64,000 bases of DNA from Azolla caroliniana (taxonomy: Eukaryota; Plantae; Polypodiophyta): NCBI GenBank assembly GCA_043228905.1, contig JBHGNT010000015.1:16864001-16928000 (forward strand). The letters are read 5' to 3'. Below the pieces are notes generated by a model. That model did no database searches. It worked only from the letters and a program-made list of their open reading frames with translations, and was not told where the DNA came from. Positions 1 to 25,284 of the stretch are shown here, one piece after another (within the stretch, counting starts at the first letter, position 1; every line of letters starts with the position of its first letter). The position numbers and the translations under genes are program-made.

Positions 1-2280
1 TTTTTTTGTATGATATTTAATATAGACAAGTTTTTATGCTTGAATAGTATAGTTGATGACTTATAATAAAGTGATATTTTGTTCAATTAAGGGGAAACTC
101 TCATTTAATCACAATACTTGTAAGCTTGATCAACATCCCCTCTTGGGCACATCTTTACATTATGAAGTTTACCTGCCTTTTCTATAATGTGAATAACGTG
201 CAATTTAGAAGATTTTTGTGAGGATGTTTGCAAATTCGTCTTCAAAATGTTATACTTCAACCGTACAATCACTTTTCACAACCATAATGACAATAGCCTT
301 CTATATGTGTGGCCTTAGCATGAAAAGTTATATTTTTCTCCAACATTATTGAGCTTGTATTATATCCCAATATTTGAATGGCATTTGAACAAGAACTCTA
401 AGGTCTTTTGACAATATATCCATCCACGCAATCGATAGGATGCTCGTACAAAAACATTGTATTCAAATTATATTTAGTTTAAAGTAATAGTCGATTATTT
501 CCTTTACATTATTGCATAACTAAACCAACACACAATTCCACTTCCCCTTCTATTTATGCTTTTTCTTCTATCCAACTATTGTAATGATCTTCACTCCGAT
601 GATACATTTGATGCATACATAGAAACTATGCATATTAGTTGTCCTTTGAACAATATATTAACCATGAGTATCTCTTATCACGATTTGTGGTTGATAAGTA
701 CCTCAAATAAATATTGATCTTGAAAATCATCTACATTTATCTTTTCTTTGCATGATTGATTATCCTTCATACCAAAATCAGACCCAACATGTTTCTCTCA
801 TTATTCTTAGTTGCACATTAAACATCCCATTGAACCAAAACCAAAGTATCCCACAATTCCTGCATTTTAAAGTGTAACAAATCCCTTGTACATTCCATGT
901 TGTCGCCTTTGCTCGTTATTAATCTCTTGAGAACTCAACTTGTCCCTCTCTCTACTCATGCATTTTTAAGTGTAACAAATCCCTTGTACATTCCATGTTG
1001 TCGCCTTCGCTCATTATTAATCTCTTGAGATCTCAACTAATGATGTTGTTGCTAATTCTAAGAACAAATTCCCCAAAATCACATAATAACTAAATAGAAA
1101 ATTTGTTGAATGTTGTATTTGTATTTGTTTATCGTAAGGCAAACATATCCTCCGTTGTTGGTGAAAAGATGACTTCATTAAGGAAGGTATTTAGATGCCT
1201 GAATGTAGAATCCACTAAATGGTTTTGTTTCTCTCTTTTACACTCTACTCAAACACCTAAATAAAATTGCGTTGCATATATTATTGGTACCCATAACCTT
1301 TGCTCATCCATGAACTCATTACCTTTCCCCCTTTTCCTTGATGATAACTTGATTGTCCCGCCTCCATATCCTTCTTCTAAACGTCCAAATATCCCATTTT
1401 TAATACATTGTATTGTTTCTATTGATGCATCGATTATTACACTACCATTTCAAGTGGAGGATTGTCGATGCTTATCACCTTGTGCAAACATCCACCATAA
1501 TTTGACCCAGTTCACCACATTGAAAGTATTGTCATGTAAACATACCCCATTTAAAGCAAATATATGTATGATGCATCCCAAATGGACATATCCTTGACGA
1601 AGTACGTTGTTATCTTCCAATATTCTAAAGAATACATATCCAATCTCGAATTCATGTGTTCAAGGCACCAAAAATCTCTCTGACCTACCCATTGTCAACT
1701 TTTACAATCATGTGATTGAGATGTCACATTTTATTTCCACCACACATGACATTCTCACTTAGAGGTTTCTTAATACTCTGGTAAAGTCATAAAGGGCATC
1801 ACATTTACAATACTTCTCTCAAATAACAAAAACAATTGGTTGATTAGCTCATCTCTTTGTTCATGGGACATTGAAAGCACCTCAAAAACTCTATGAGAAG
1901 TAGCATAAATGTCCTAAACACTAGCTTCTAACAAGTCTTTATGCAACTATTGTTTAACCCAATAAGGCGATGATATGTCTACACATTAAAACAATATCAT
2001 ACCTCTATTAAAAAAGTTTCGAAAAAAAACGATCATAAGACATCCTTGGTATCTATCTTCACATCTAATCAAATAGATACTTTGTCTCTTTGTGTTGTTC
2101 CTTTAAAGCTTTCTCCTGATGTTACTTGTTTCTATAAATCCATCTCTCCCTTCCCCCCTCACGAGTCACCCACAACCCACATACCTAATATCACATTGTT
2201 AACATTGAATTTTAATTATTTGAGGTTTACCAAATTTCTCTTCATACAATCTTCAATATAAGAGAGCTACGATAAATGCT
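1..2280 (-). mobile_element. Highly degenerate Ty1/copia LTR retrotransposon remnant
   Basis: Minus strand ~375-270 reads QILGYNTSSIMLEKNITFHAKATHIEGYCHYGCEK, resembling copia RNase H (CDNQSAI.LAKNP.FHARTKHIE..YHF.REK). PPT-like AAGAGGGGA (144-136) is followed by TGTTGA at 135. WILHSG (WILDSG protease-like) lies near 1215-1195. Many stops; right boundary approximate. Confidence 0.6.
861..1038. repeat. Tandem duplication, ~98 bp x 2
   Basis: TGCATTTT.AAGTGTAACAAATCCCTTGTACATTCCATGTTGTCGCC...TCTCTTGAGA.CTCAACT occurs at ~861 and ~959. Confidence 0.85.
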
Positions 2281-2593
2281 TCTATTTACATATTGATTGT
2301 TTATATATCATGTATTGGTTAGGTTATTAATATCTTACTATACAATGCAATTTTCTACAACACAAAGGTGCTAAACAATGATAAAATTATGGCAAAAAAA
2401 TACAAACTAATGGAATCCCCCAAATTGGCACCCAATTCCCAAAATGGCACTGAAACAAAATTTCCAAAATGTCTTAAGTTAATGCTTGCTACGATTGATT
2501 GCTTAACGAGTACTTTTTCTTTCATTAGTTAAATGGGTTAACTTTCATGTTTTTTTGAATCTTAATTCCACAAATGTAATATGAGTAGTTGAT

Positions 2594-2803
2594 ATGCTAG
2601 ATATCAACTTGGATATGCTCATTGGAATCACTCTAGTTTATATGTATGCAACATGTGGAAGTTTATCAAATGCATATAAATTGTTCGATGGGTTGAGATT
2701 CCTCAATGTAGGTGCCGATCACAAGGCTTTACATGAAGGCATGCTCGTACATGCTGAAATCATGTCTTACACAAGACAGGATGGGGAAGTATTTTGTAGT
2801 TGA
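2594..2803 (+). pseudogene. PLS-class pentatricopeptide repeat (PPR) gene fragment
   Basis: DMLIGITLVYMYATCGSLSNAYKLFDGL and ALHEGMLVHAEI match PLS PPR motifs (LV.MY.KCG.L..A..VFD; ..G..IHA.I). Only about two partial motifs are present. Confidence 0.65.
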
Positions 2804-3689
2804 TATGCTTTTTAAAACTAACGGAAGGATATGTTTTCTGGGAAAAAACAAAATAAAAAAATATGAGTAGTTGCCAATTAGTTAACAATGATTTGCTTCA
2901 TCAATAATATCACTCAAGCAATTGATAATTAAAAATGAGCATTTGTTCATGAATCTTTTCGAGTTACTTGCAATTCCGATTAAAAATTTTAGATGATAAA
3001 TTGAAGGGTCCTTGCAAAAATTAAACGGTGATTTCTCCTCCAAATCAATGAAAAAGTCATGCGCAACAAAAAACAAAGTTGTTGCAAAGGAGGTCCATGC
3101 TAGTTAATAGATCCCCAATTGTCCTTTATTTCTTCAAATGCCACCCCAAAATCATTATTTCTCTAAATGACCTAGTCAATCCTTTAGTAAAAGTAAAAAA
3201 GATGACGAATCAATTGTATTTAACTTGCAACCTGCAAAACCTTACCCACCCATGACATACAACCATGTTAGATATAACCAAACGACCCTAAATTGATCCT
3301 CAAGGGAGAGGAAAGAGGATGAATGTACTACATATACTTGCAACCTACAAAAACTTTCCAACATCTAACAAATGAGCGCTTGATATACAAGCCAATGTGC
3401 TCCTCCATGTAATGGAGCTATTGGGGTATATTGGATCCCCAAAAAAAGAGAGATGGATTGATTGCATAATATACATTCACCTCATTAATGCTTGACATGC
3501 GAGAAACTAGTATCCCATGCATGACCGGTTTGCTCAGCCTCATCATTTAGATAGTGTTGGGATCGCGTTTGTGTGTGCGCATGTCGAATCAACAATCTCT
3601 TAGTGGGCATGCTCGTTGGCCCTCCCCACCCACCCCTCGAGGAGGTAGGTCGCTTGTCCGAGTTAGCTACCTCCCATACGACGCACTCG

Positions 3690-3826
3690 GGTAAGGTTAT
3701 CCAATGGAAACCAGAAGGTCATGGGTTCAACCCCCCCCTACATTCCATAGTGGCATCAACTAAAATTATGAGAATATGTATGAAGTAAATGAAGAGGTGA
3801 GAAAATTGGGCTTTGAACCCAAGACC
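3690..3826 (+). repeat. Dispersed short repeat (SINE/MITE-like), copy 1
   Basis: GGTAAGGTTATCCAATGGA...GGGTTCAACCCC..TACATTCCATAGTGGCATC...GAGGTGAGAAAATTGGGCTTTGAACCCAAGA matches the reverse complement of 28853-28983. Confidence 0.7.
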
Positions 3827-3885
3827 TAGGACTATTTAGTAAGTAGTCTAGCAACTTCCTACACTATAGCAGTCTATAAGTAATA

Positions 3886-4231
3886 GAGAAGAGAGAGAGA
3901 GAGAGAGAGAGCTTTGCATGAAATAACAGAAAAGGAAAGGGTCATTTTTGTAAATTATGGAAACCCCCTCTCTCTCTAAAGTGAAGGGCTATTTTTGTAA
4001 ATGATGGAAACCCCGTCTCTCGTTTTTATGATTAACCCTTCTCTCTCAAGAATTTCTTCTTCTTTATTCTTCTTCTTCTTCTTCTTCTTTTGTTGTTGTT
4101 TTCCCGTCCACACTCAGAGAGAGAAAGAGAGAGAGAGAGACACACACACACACACACATACACACTCGCTCAGACCCGCCATGTCCACGCCCATTTCTTC
4201 TCTTTCTTCTTCTTCTTCTTCTTCTTCTTCT
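3886..4231. repeat. Microsatellite cluster (GA)n, (TTC)n, (AG)n(AC)n in UBP12 promoter/5' UTR
   Basis: Visible runs at ~3886-3911, 4066-4089, 4116-4165 and 4196-4231. Confidence 0.9.
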
Positions 4232-4239
4232 GCCTCGTG

Positions 4240-17648
<13,409 letters not shown>

Positions 17649-20404
17649 TCAGACAGTTGTACTTGTAGTGATGTAATTCATGGAGGTTACATCAGACAGT
17701 TCGAAAGATTCATATGCTTCCATCAGATCAGTAAGAGAATTGTATATTGGTATTTTTGAAATATTGATGTTAACATACAGATGACATTGTCATCTGAGGA
17801 CCACAAGTAGAGTTTTGTTTCCAATGCAGTTGGGGATGTGCTCATGATGGGGGTGAGAAGTAGTACATATGCACATCTATGATGGCCTACTGTCTATAAT
17901 ACCAGCACAATTGATAAAGTGGCCCCCTTCTTTTATTCGGCAAGATGAAGGGTACTTCTTTGCAGTCCTGGTAGCACTTCCAGGCATGCAGGTTTTTTGT
18001 GGAATTGTTACGGCATGATTGCTCATTTTGGAAAATGGTAAGGCACAATCCTTAATTAGTGTTATCTCTTTTTCCTCCACAATGCTGTCAGTGGCACAAC
18101 TTTGAGGCAATCATTGTCTAGCATTTTTGTTTGCTAGAAACTCCCAAGGGTTTCTGTATATTTTATTTTTACACTAGTGTAATATTGTGCCTGTAAATGA
18201 ACGGTCAAACTTGATATTTCCATGGAATAGCCATTATGATGGCTATTTTATCCTGTTAACCTGATCCGGTGATAAAGCCTTTATTTTGAGGCTTGAATTT
18301 TTGTGCATTATTTTTGCATGTCTTCTCAGGTGCTATTCATCTGTAAACTGCTGCAGATCCTCATTACTTTTAATATTATTGGTTACCATCCTTAATTTGT
18401 CTAAGGCATCTAAAGTCAAATAATAATTCTTAAGTGTGCATGATTCACCATTTTGATTGAAAAGAAACATTAGAGCCCGTGATTGGTGCAGTGTATGGGG
18501 GCATGGGTTATGTTGCTAATCTGGCTTTGAGATCAGACTGTCAAGATCAAGTCATAACCAGAAACATTAAATATTAGATATTCAACATTACTAGATAATA
18601 GATTAAGTGTTTACAAATGAAGGGAACAACACGTTTCATGCACGGGTATGATCTCCCACGCAATCAACCATTTCTGTTTTCAACTGCTTGCTTTATGATT
18701 AAATGCTCTCACTCCACTCGAAATGCTAGCTGTAATGAGTGGACACTTCTAAGAAAATGGTGGCAAGGGGAAGCTGGGTGTTCATTATAAGGAAAAAACC
18801 ATCTTTGTTCCCCAATACTAGGTCTCCATTGTAGTGGTTTGCAGAGTTGTCTTGAAATTTCTATCAAGTTTTCTTTCTTTGTAGTTTTTTTACTGTAAAT
18901 AGTGCTGTATTTAATCACAAAGGACTACCAAAGACGGTAGATTTACTGCCTATCTGCGCTATGGACTGTTATATTGTGGTTGATGGACTGTTATATTGTG
19001 GTTGATGCAACCAACAAATTTGATGTCTTTAGGTGATAAAAATCTCAAGATTTCTGACAGCAAGAATTACCAAAGTGACCTACCACATATTCCAACTCTG
19101 CCTGGGTTTACTTTGAAATGTTGCTTGTAAAAACAGAATTCTCTTAGTAGCCATATGAGCTACGACCATTCAGATTCAGATTGTGGCACCTCCCTATCTC
19201 TTTGCAGTATGTGATTCCATGCCGAAGACGTATGTTCTTCTATAGTGTAATCACAATGATATTCATTGTCCCTTTAGACCACCACGGTAACTTAGCCATA
19301 GAAAACATTTTATAGTTTACCTCTTTTAGATGCAAGTGTAATGGACAGTGCTATGATTTTCAACTAAAATCGCACTCCAATTGTTCCATAGATTCATTGA
19401 ATATGGCATGCATGTATAATGTAAACAATAATTTATTAACGTTCATCTCGTCTGACCTACAAATAGAAAATTTATGCATGAAGAATCAATTTAGTTTGTA
19501 GTTCTTTCTAGCTCCATGTCATGCCTCCACTTGTCTTACCTTTGTTAAAATCCCTATCAACTATGGTAGTATTGGTATCATTTATTGATAAAACTAAACT
19601 TTGAAGATACAAATGATAATATAAACACCAAGAAGTTGCTGACAAGAAGGTGATCTAGCTCCCACACTCCTAGTCGGCATATACCTTCTTTACAAGATGG
19701 AGGGTAGCTCTACGAAAATTGAGAGTAGACTAATCACATGCAAGAAAGGAAGTTGCAATAAAGCAAAGAGTTTTGCAAAACAATAACAAAGAATCACTTA
19801 TTGTTGAAAACAAAAGCACAAAAGGAAGACAGTGAGTGCATTATATTTACTCCTCACACTAGAACATATATCATTAAGTTGTATTAGGAGAATTTGTTAT
19901 ATACCTCATTCAGATTAAAATTGTCCCCTTAAAAAACTACACAAAATTTCAACAAACTATTGCTACAGTAAACGTTCTAGTCTGAATCTAATCTCAAACA
20001 TTATGGGGTGGTTGCAAACAATCACCTTGTCCCATTATGGACATGTAGGTTTGTAAACAGGATATGTTGATGTTACCACATGTTATCAGACCTCATATAT
20101 TGCATAAACATTAGAGTACCAAGCCAAGCTAGTGAAATTTTGATTCAGGTTTCACGACCTTAATAATCACACACTCATCTTTATTATTGGGTGAGGTTTA
20201 GGACTTTTCAACAAGGCCACACAAAGGCAGGCAGTTGTGAAGATGCAAAAAGGAGAAGATTCCGAGGAGAGACAAATTTGCATGGAATCCTTTGGTTAGA
20301 ACTTCTAGAACAGTGTTCGCATCTCAAACTTCATAGCGCAGAAAGCTCAGGTTTCCCTGGAGGAAAATGTATAAATCACTAGAATAGTGTAAATGTCATG
20401 AACT

Positions 20405-23400
20405 TCATAAAGCTGAAAGCTCGGGTTCTCCAGAGGGAACTTCTAGGTCATCTTCTTCAGGATTGATCTCTTCTTCTTCAAGAACACTGGCTAACCCATA
20501 TTTACCCTTCTTGGGCATCTGAGGAACCGGTGGCTTTGGAAGCAAACCAGCAATAAAGAAAATACGCCTTACAGTGTCTGAAGGTTGTGCCCCCACAGAC
20601 AGCCAATATCTACCAGATAAAAGGAGCATAAATAGTATTGTCACTTTTATCTACAAAGAATGGTTTTAACACTCAGAGCAAAAAACAAAAAATATTAGAT
20701 ACTGGAATGATGCCTGACTGGACCAAAGGTCAGGGAACTTACTTTGCTCTTTCAAAGTTCAGTGCAATTCTCTTGTGTCCATCCTTACCTGTAAAAATAA
20801 GACATTACCCAGACATTGCTTTTATTTCTTGCTACAAGAGTCCTATAAACACAATTTGTTACTCATTATAAACGAAGAAGTATATAAGTCTTTCCCAAAC
20901 ACTAACATAGGCAGTACTTAAGTGCAATAATGTATAACCCAGAAGAGGTAAATAAAGGATCTCTGATTTCTGCCTTATCATATGTCATCAATAGCATGTG
21001 GCTAGCACTTGGGTCTTCAAATCGACTTACACACCTAGAATCTACCTATTTCACAATCTAAGTAGGGTAAAACTGTCACTTACCATAGTTGCTATGACTA
21101 AGTGAACAACAAAATTATAAGCTATAGCTATATGCATCACCTATTATTATATCAAAATTTGTGCCATGCTACCTATGTATGTCCTTTATCATAATATCAC
21201 GTTATTAATACTGATTGGTACACTAACCTAATTTGAAAAGTTCTTAACTGGAGTAGGTTGTAGTATGGGAAAATGGAAAGAATAGAATGAAAGATAGTAT
21301 CTCTCTTGTAACCATTAAATTTTTAGTTATAGCATGACAATATAACCTAAAGGAACCAAAAAACGGCTTCACACTTTATACAGAAACAAAAAGCATGCCA
21401 TGTCATGCTTCAGCTTACAATTACACTCATCAATGCATAATTGCAGCATTTTCCACCATCCCTTGTCTTCAAGCTATAATGATCTATTTTGTTAGCTCTG
21501 GCAGGAAAATCTAGCACCATAGACGAACTAGAACTTGCCACTTTCCCTATCATGCTTTAACTTGCAATTACACCCAGCAATGTTATAATTACTTCATTTC
21601 ATTCCATCCCTTTCCCTAAAGCTATAACGATTTGCTGCACAATTAAGGGAAACTAGTGGTATCATGATTTTCATATACAAAAAAGCTAAAAACATGGCAT
21701 TCTCAACATATTTTCCCCTATCTACTGTCCATCTCAACTTGCAATCACACCAAACAATGCTATAATTTCATCATCTTGTTCCATCCTTGACCAAAAGCTA
21801 TATCCATAAGTTCATTGGCCTATCTATAGAGGTTAAGAAAATATTTTCTCTCTAATATCTATATCTATAAAGATTTTGCTGCACAGGTCAGGGAAAGTGA
21901 AGGTATAATGATTTGTACATGCCAGAACATAAGAAAACATTACATTTCCAACATATTTTCCCTTATTTAAACTGGTAAATGTTTAGTTTGTTTCTCTTTT
22001 CATAACCAAATCCAACCATTATCACACACTTTGGCAAAACTTCAATGCTATGGAAATATTTTCGTCTCAATCCGGCCTATGATGGATGATGTACAGATAT
22101 TGCTCTTCCAATTAAGCCCCATAAAGGGCAAAGTATGCAGTGTAGCATGCAGCCTTTAAGTATTTTACTCATTTCATTTCACTTCTTTCATTATTCCCAT
22201 CGTCAATAATTTCTGTGGTAACCTCCTGTTGGGTATTCTTGGCCATTTTAGTCTATTAACATAGTATCATGAAACGAAAACAGACATTTTTCATGATGTT
22301 TCCTAGAAGAGGAAAAAACATCTCTTTGGGTACTAAAGAAGTACTAAATTAAGAGTAATTTTCAAAACAACATCCTTCTCTGCATTCTCCCTTAGATCCT
22401 GCAAGTGAAGTGGGATATCTACTCCATCATACAAGTGAATCTTATAGCTTCAGTCCATTACAGAGGATCATTTAGAGCTAAATCATCTAGTAGTAGACTT
22501 GTCATTGAGGATCAAACATCTTTTTCATTCTCTTCTATGAGAAACTAACTACAAAGACAAAGATATAGACGTCTTCATGGGGAGAGAGATGATGATGAAT
22601 TAGATTGGGAGTTCAATCTTGTATCCATTTAGATAAATTGGCAAAATGCCAACTTGAATTAAATGAGAATGTTTGATGTAAGATGAATTTATTCAGCAAT
22701 CGAAGTGCATTAGATGTATATTCTTTTTCACTCAATAGGAATGCTTTCATAGTTTTTTAACAAAGAAAAAGTTTAGTTTTATCACTCTGCTTCCTCATTT
22801 TGGAAACTTGGAACTCATCCCATTCCCTTTTCCCCCACTTCCTTTTTTACAGGTTATACAATATGCTATTACAAATTTTCTTTTGTTCGTTCGTTATAAT
22901 GTAGATTCTAGTGAAATTCGTACACATAAAAGTCAGTTCATATTTAAATATACTTGGAAAGGTTTTGAACAGAAAATAGAATAAACCACTTCTTATGCTC
23001 TAACCTGTTGTGTTAACTCTACAAAAAAGCTAGCCAAGAGATGAACTCATTCATCCCACATCATTTCTCCAACTACTATCACACTAAAGCATAGTAGCTT
23101 TCTATATTCAGGGTAGTAGTAGTCCCAGTTGAAACTCAGATGTAGTGGTCCTGGGCAACCAAAACGTGCAAAGATCCACAAATATCTAGGTGTATAGGTG
23201 GGTGTTTTTGTAAGGATATGTCTTTGTAGACCTTACATGTTTTTCTATGTTTTTGTAGTGCCTATCTTATATTTTATAAGCCTACCTGGTGATCATATTC
23301 CTCTAACATCATCAAGTTTCTTCCCTTTCTATGTATAGTACAAAACCTCCCTGGCCAATCTCATTAGGTAATCTATCTTCGGCTTTGGGTTGCTCCTCTA

Positions 23401-24603
23401 CTTCTAGCTTACTAGCAGTAGCCTATGTGCCTCACATTATCTATAGGTTAGTACTACATCTAGATGAACTTTTTATACACCACCTGTAATCCTATAGGTT
23501 TCGAACAGTTAAGGATATGTTTTTGTAGACCTTACATGTTTTTCTACGTTTTTGCATGCCTATCTTATATTTTTATAAGTCTACCTGGTGATTATATTCC
23601 TCTAACATCATCGAGTTTCTTCCATTTCTGTGTATCGTACAAAACCTACCTGCCCAATCTCACTAGTTAATCTATCTTCACCTTTGGGTTGCTCCTCTAC
23701 TTCTAGCTTACTAGCAGTAGCCTATGGGCCTCACATTATCTATAGGTTAGATACTACATCTAGATTAACTGTTTATACACCACCTGTAATCCTAGGGCAA
23801 TATTTAAAAAGTTATCCCATTTCGCCACCTTGCTAGATTACATGATCAAAGGATCACGTAGAACTAAGAGATTGAGAAACCTTCGCTTGGAAAAGAATTC
23901 TAAGTAGACGTAATAGAGATAATGTAGCTTAAATCACTACATGTCCTGGTCTTCAATTGTTGCCTTCATCTAAACTCAGTTAAAATATTACATGTTTCTC
24001 TTCATAAAATCTAATTTTTCAGGAATTTATAAACGTACCTACACTTTTAACCAGATAAAAACATGAGAAAATTGCATTCCAAAATCAATGTACTTATCAA
24101 AGCCGGGAAATCTTCGCCTGATTTTGTTCATAACACTGGTTCATAATAAAAACAAAGGAAGTACTCCAAACATTTTCTTTATTTGCCCAAATTCCATTGG
24201 TTAACCCCCTCATGATAAATTTTATTGGCTCTTTTACGAGCTATATGATTGATTCATCCCCTTTTCTCTTTTATGAGTGTTGGCTGAGAGAATTTGGAGA
24301 AATAAGGAGAATTTAGTGGATATTTGAAGGAATGAAGGCATGATGGAGCAGTTGTTTCTGGCATAAGACTTTGTGTGTTTCTTTTCAAAGATTTCATGAA
24401 TATATCTATACATACATACATATACATAAATACATATATAGATATATGTATGTATGTAATTTTTCATATTTAATATCAATTTAGTGGATATTTGAAGGAA
24501 TGAAGGCATGATGGAGCAGTTGTTTCTGGCATAAGACTTTGTCTGTTTCTTTTCATAGATTTCATGAATATATCTATACATACATACATATATAAATAGA
24601 TAG

Positions 24604-24639
<36 letters not shown>

Positions 24640-24977
24640 TTTCATATTTAATATCAGTAGGAAACTATTTTGATTAATGAAAAAAAAATCATTTGTTCGC
24701 CCTAAATTTCTACTGCATTGATGAAAAATAGTATTCAATCATTTTTCTTTCAACAATCTGACCACTTCTAAAGACTTAAATCTGGGACAGGAGCAATAGG
24801 ACATAGAAATTAGAGTAAAGAAAGGATTTGACAAAGCATACCAGGTCTAGGATCATAGAAGCCGACTCTCTCTAAGAATTTCCCATCACGGGGGCAACGG
24901 CTATCAGCCGCATGGATGCGATAAAAAGGAGCATTCTTGCGACCAAATCTAGCTAGGCGGAGACGAACCACGCCCAT
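20405..24977 (-). CDS. RPS16: Nuclear-encoded organellar (mitochondrial/plastid-type) 30S ribosomal protein S16, 3 exons
   Basis: Exons 24977-24842 ([45 protein letters not shown]), 20788-20743 ([16 protein letters not shown]) and 20609-20405 ([16 protein letters not shown]...PELSAL*). GT-AG introns have compatible phases; bS16 family motifs are present. Confidence 0.92.
23211..23795. repeat. Intronic tandem duplication, ~299 bp x 2 (RPS16 intron 1)
   Basis: TAAGGATATGT.TTTGTAGACCTTACATG...ATACACCACCTGTAATCCTA at ~23211 and ~23510. Confidence 0.9.
24310..24656. repeat. Intronic tandem duplication, ~168 bp x 2 with (TATG)n (RPS16 intron 1)
   Basis: AATTTAGTGGATATTTGAAGGAATGAAGGC...TTTTCATATTTAATATCA at 24310 and 24478. 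Confidence 0.9.
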
Positions 24978-25129
24978 CTCTCGAAGCTTCTGCTCGTATC
25001 CTTCTACTTCTCTTTCTTTTCTGCTCCCTATTTCTTCTTCTTCTCCTCCTCCTCTTCTTCTTCTTCTTCTTCTTCCTCCTCCTCCTTCCTCTTCGTTTTC
25101 TGAGATATGGCGAAGCAAGCTCTGCTCAG

Positions 25130-25187
25130 AAACCCTAATCTGATGGGATGTTCAGCAAGCTCTGCATCGTAGCCGGCGGTAGGGTTT
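25130..25187. promoter_or_regulatory. Telo-box elements upstream of RPS16
   Basis: AAACCCTAA at 25130-25138 and TAGGGTTT at 25180-25187, 150-210 bp upstream of the ATG. Telo-boxes are typical of plant translation-machinery genes. Confidence 0.55.
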
Positions 25188-25284
25188 TTTGTGGGGGACA
25201 ACAAATTTCAAAATTCCCAAAATACCCTTCCCTTCATAAGTTTCAGAAATTCCTAAAAATACCCCTCCACTTCCTTCTCTTCTC

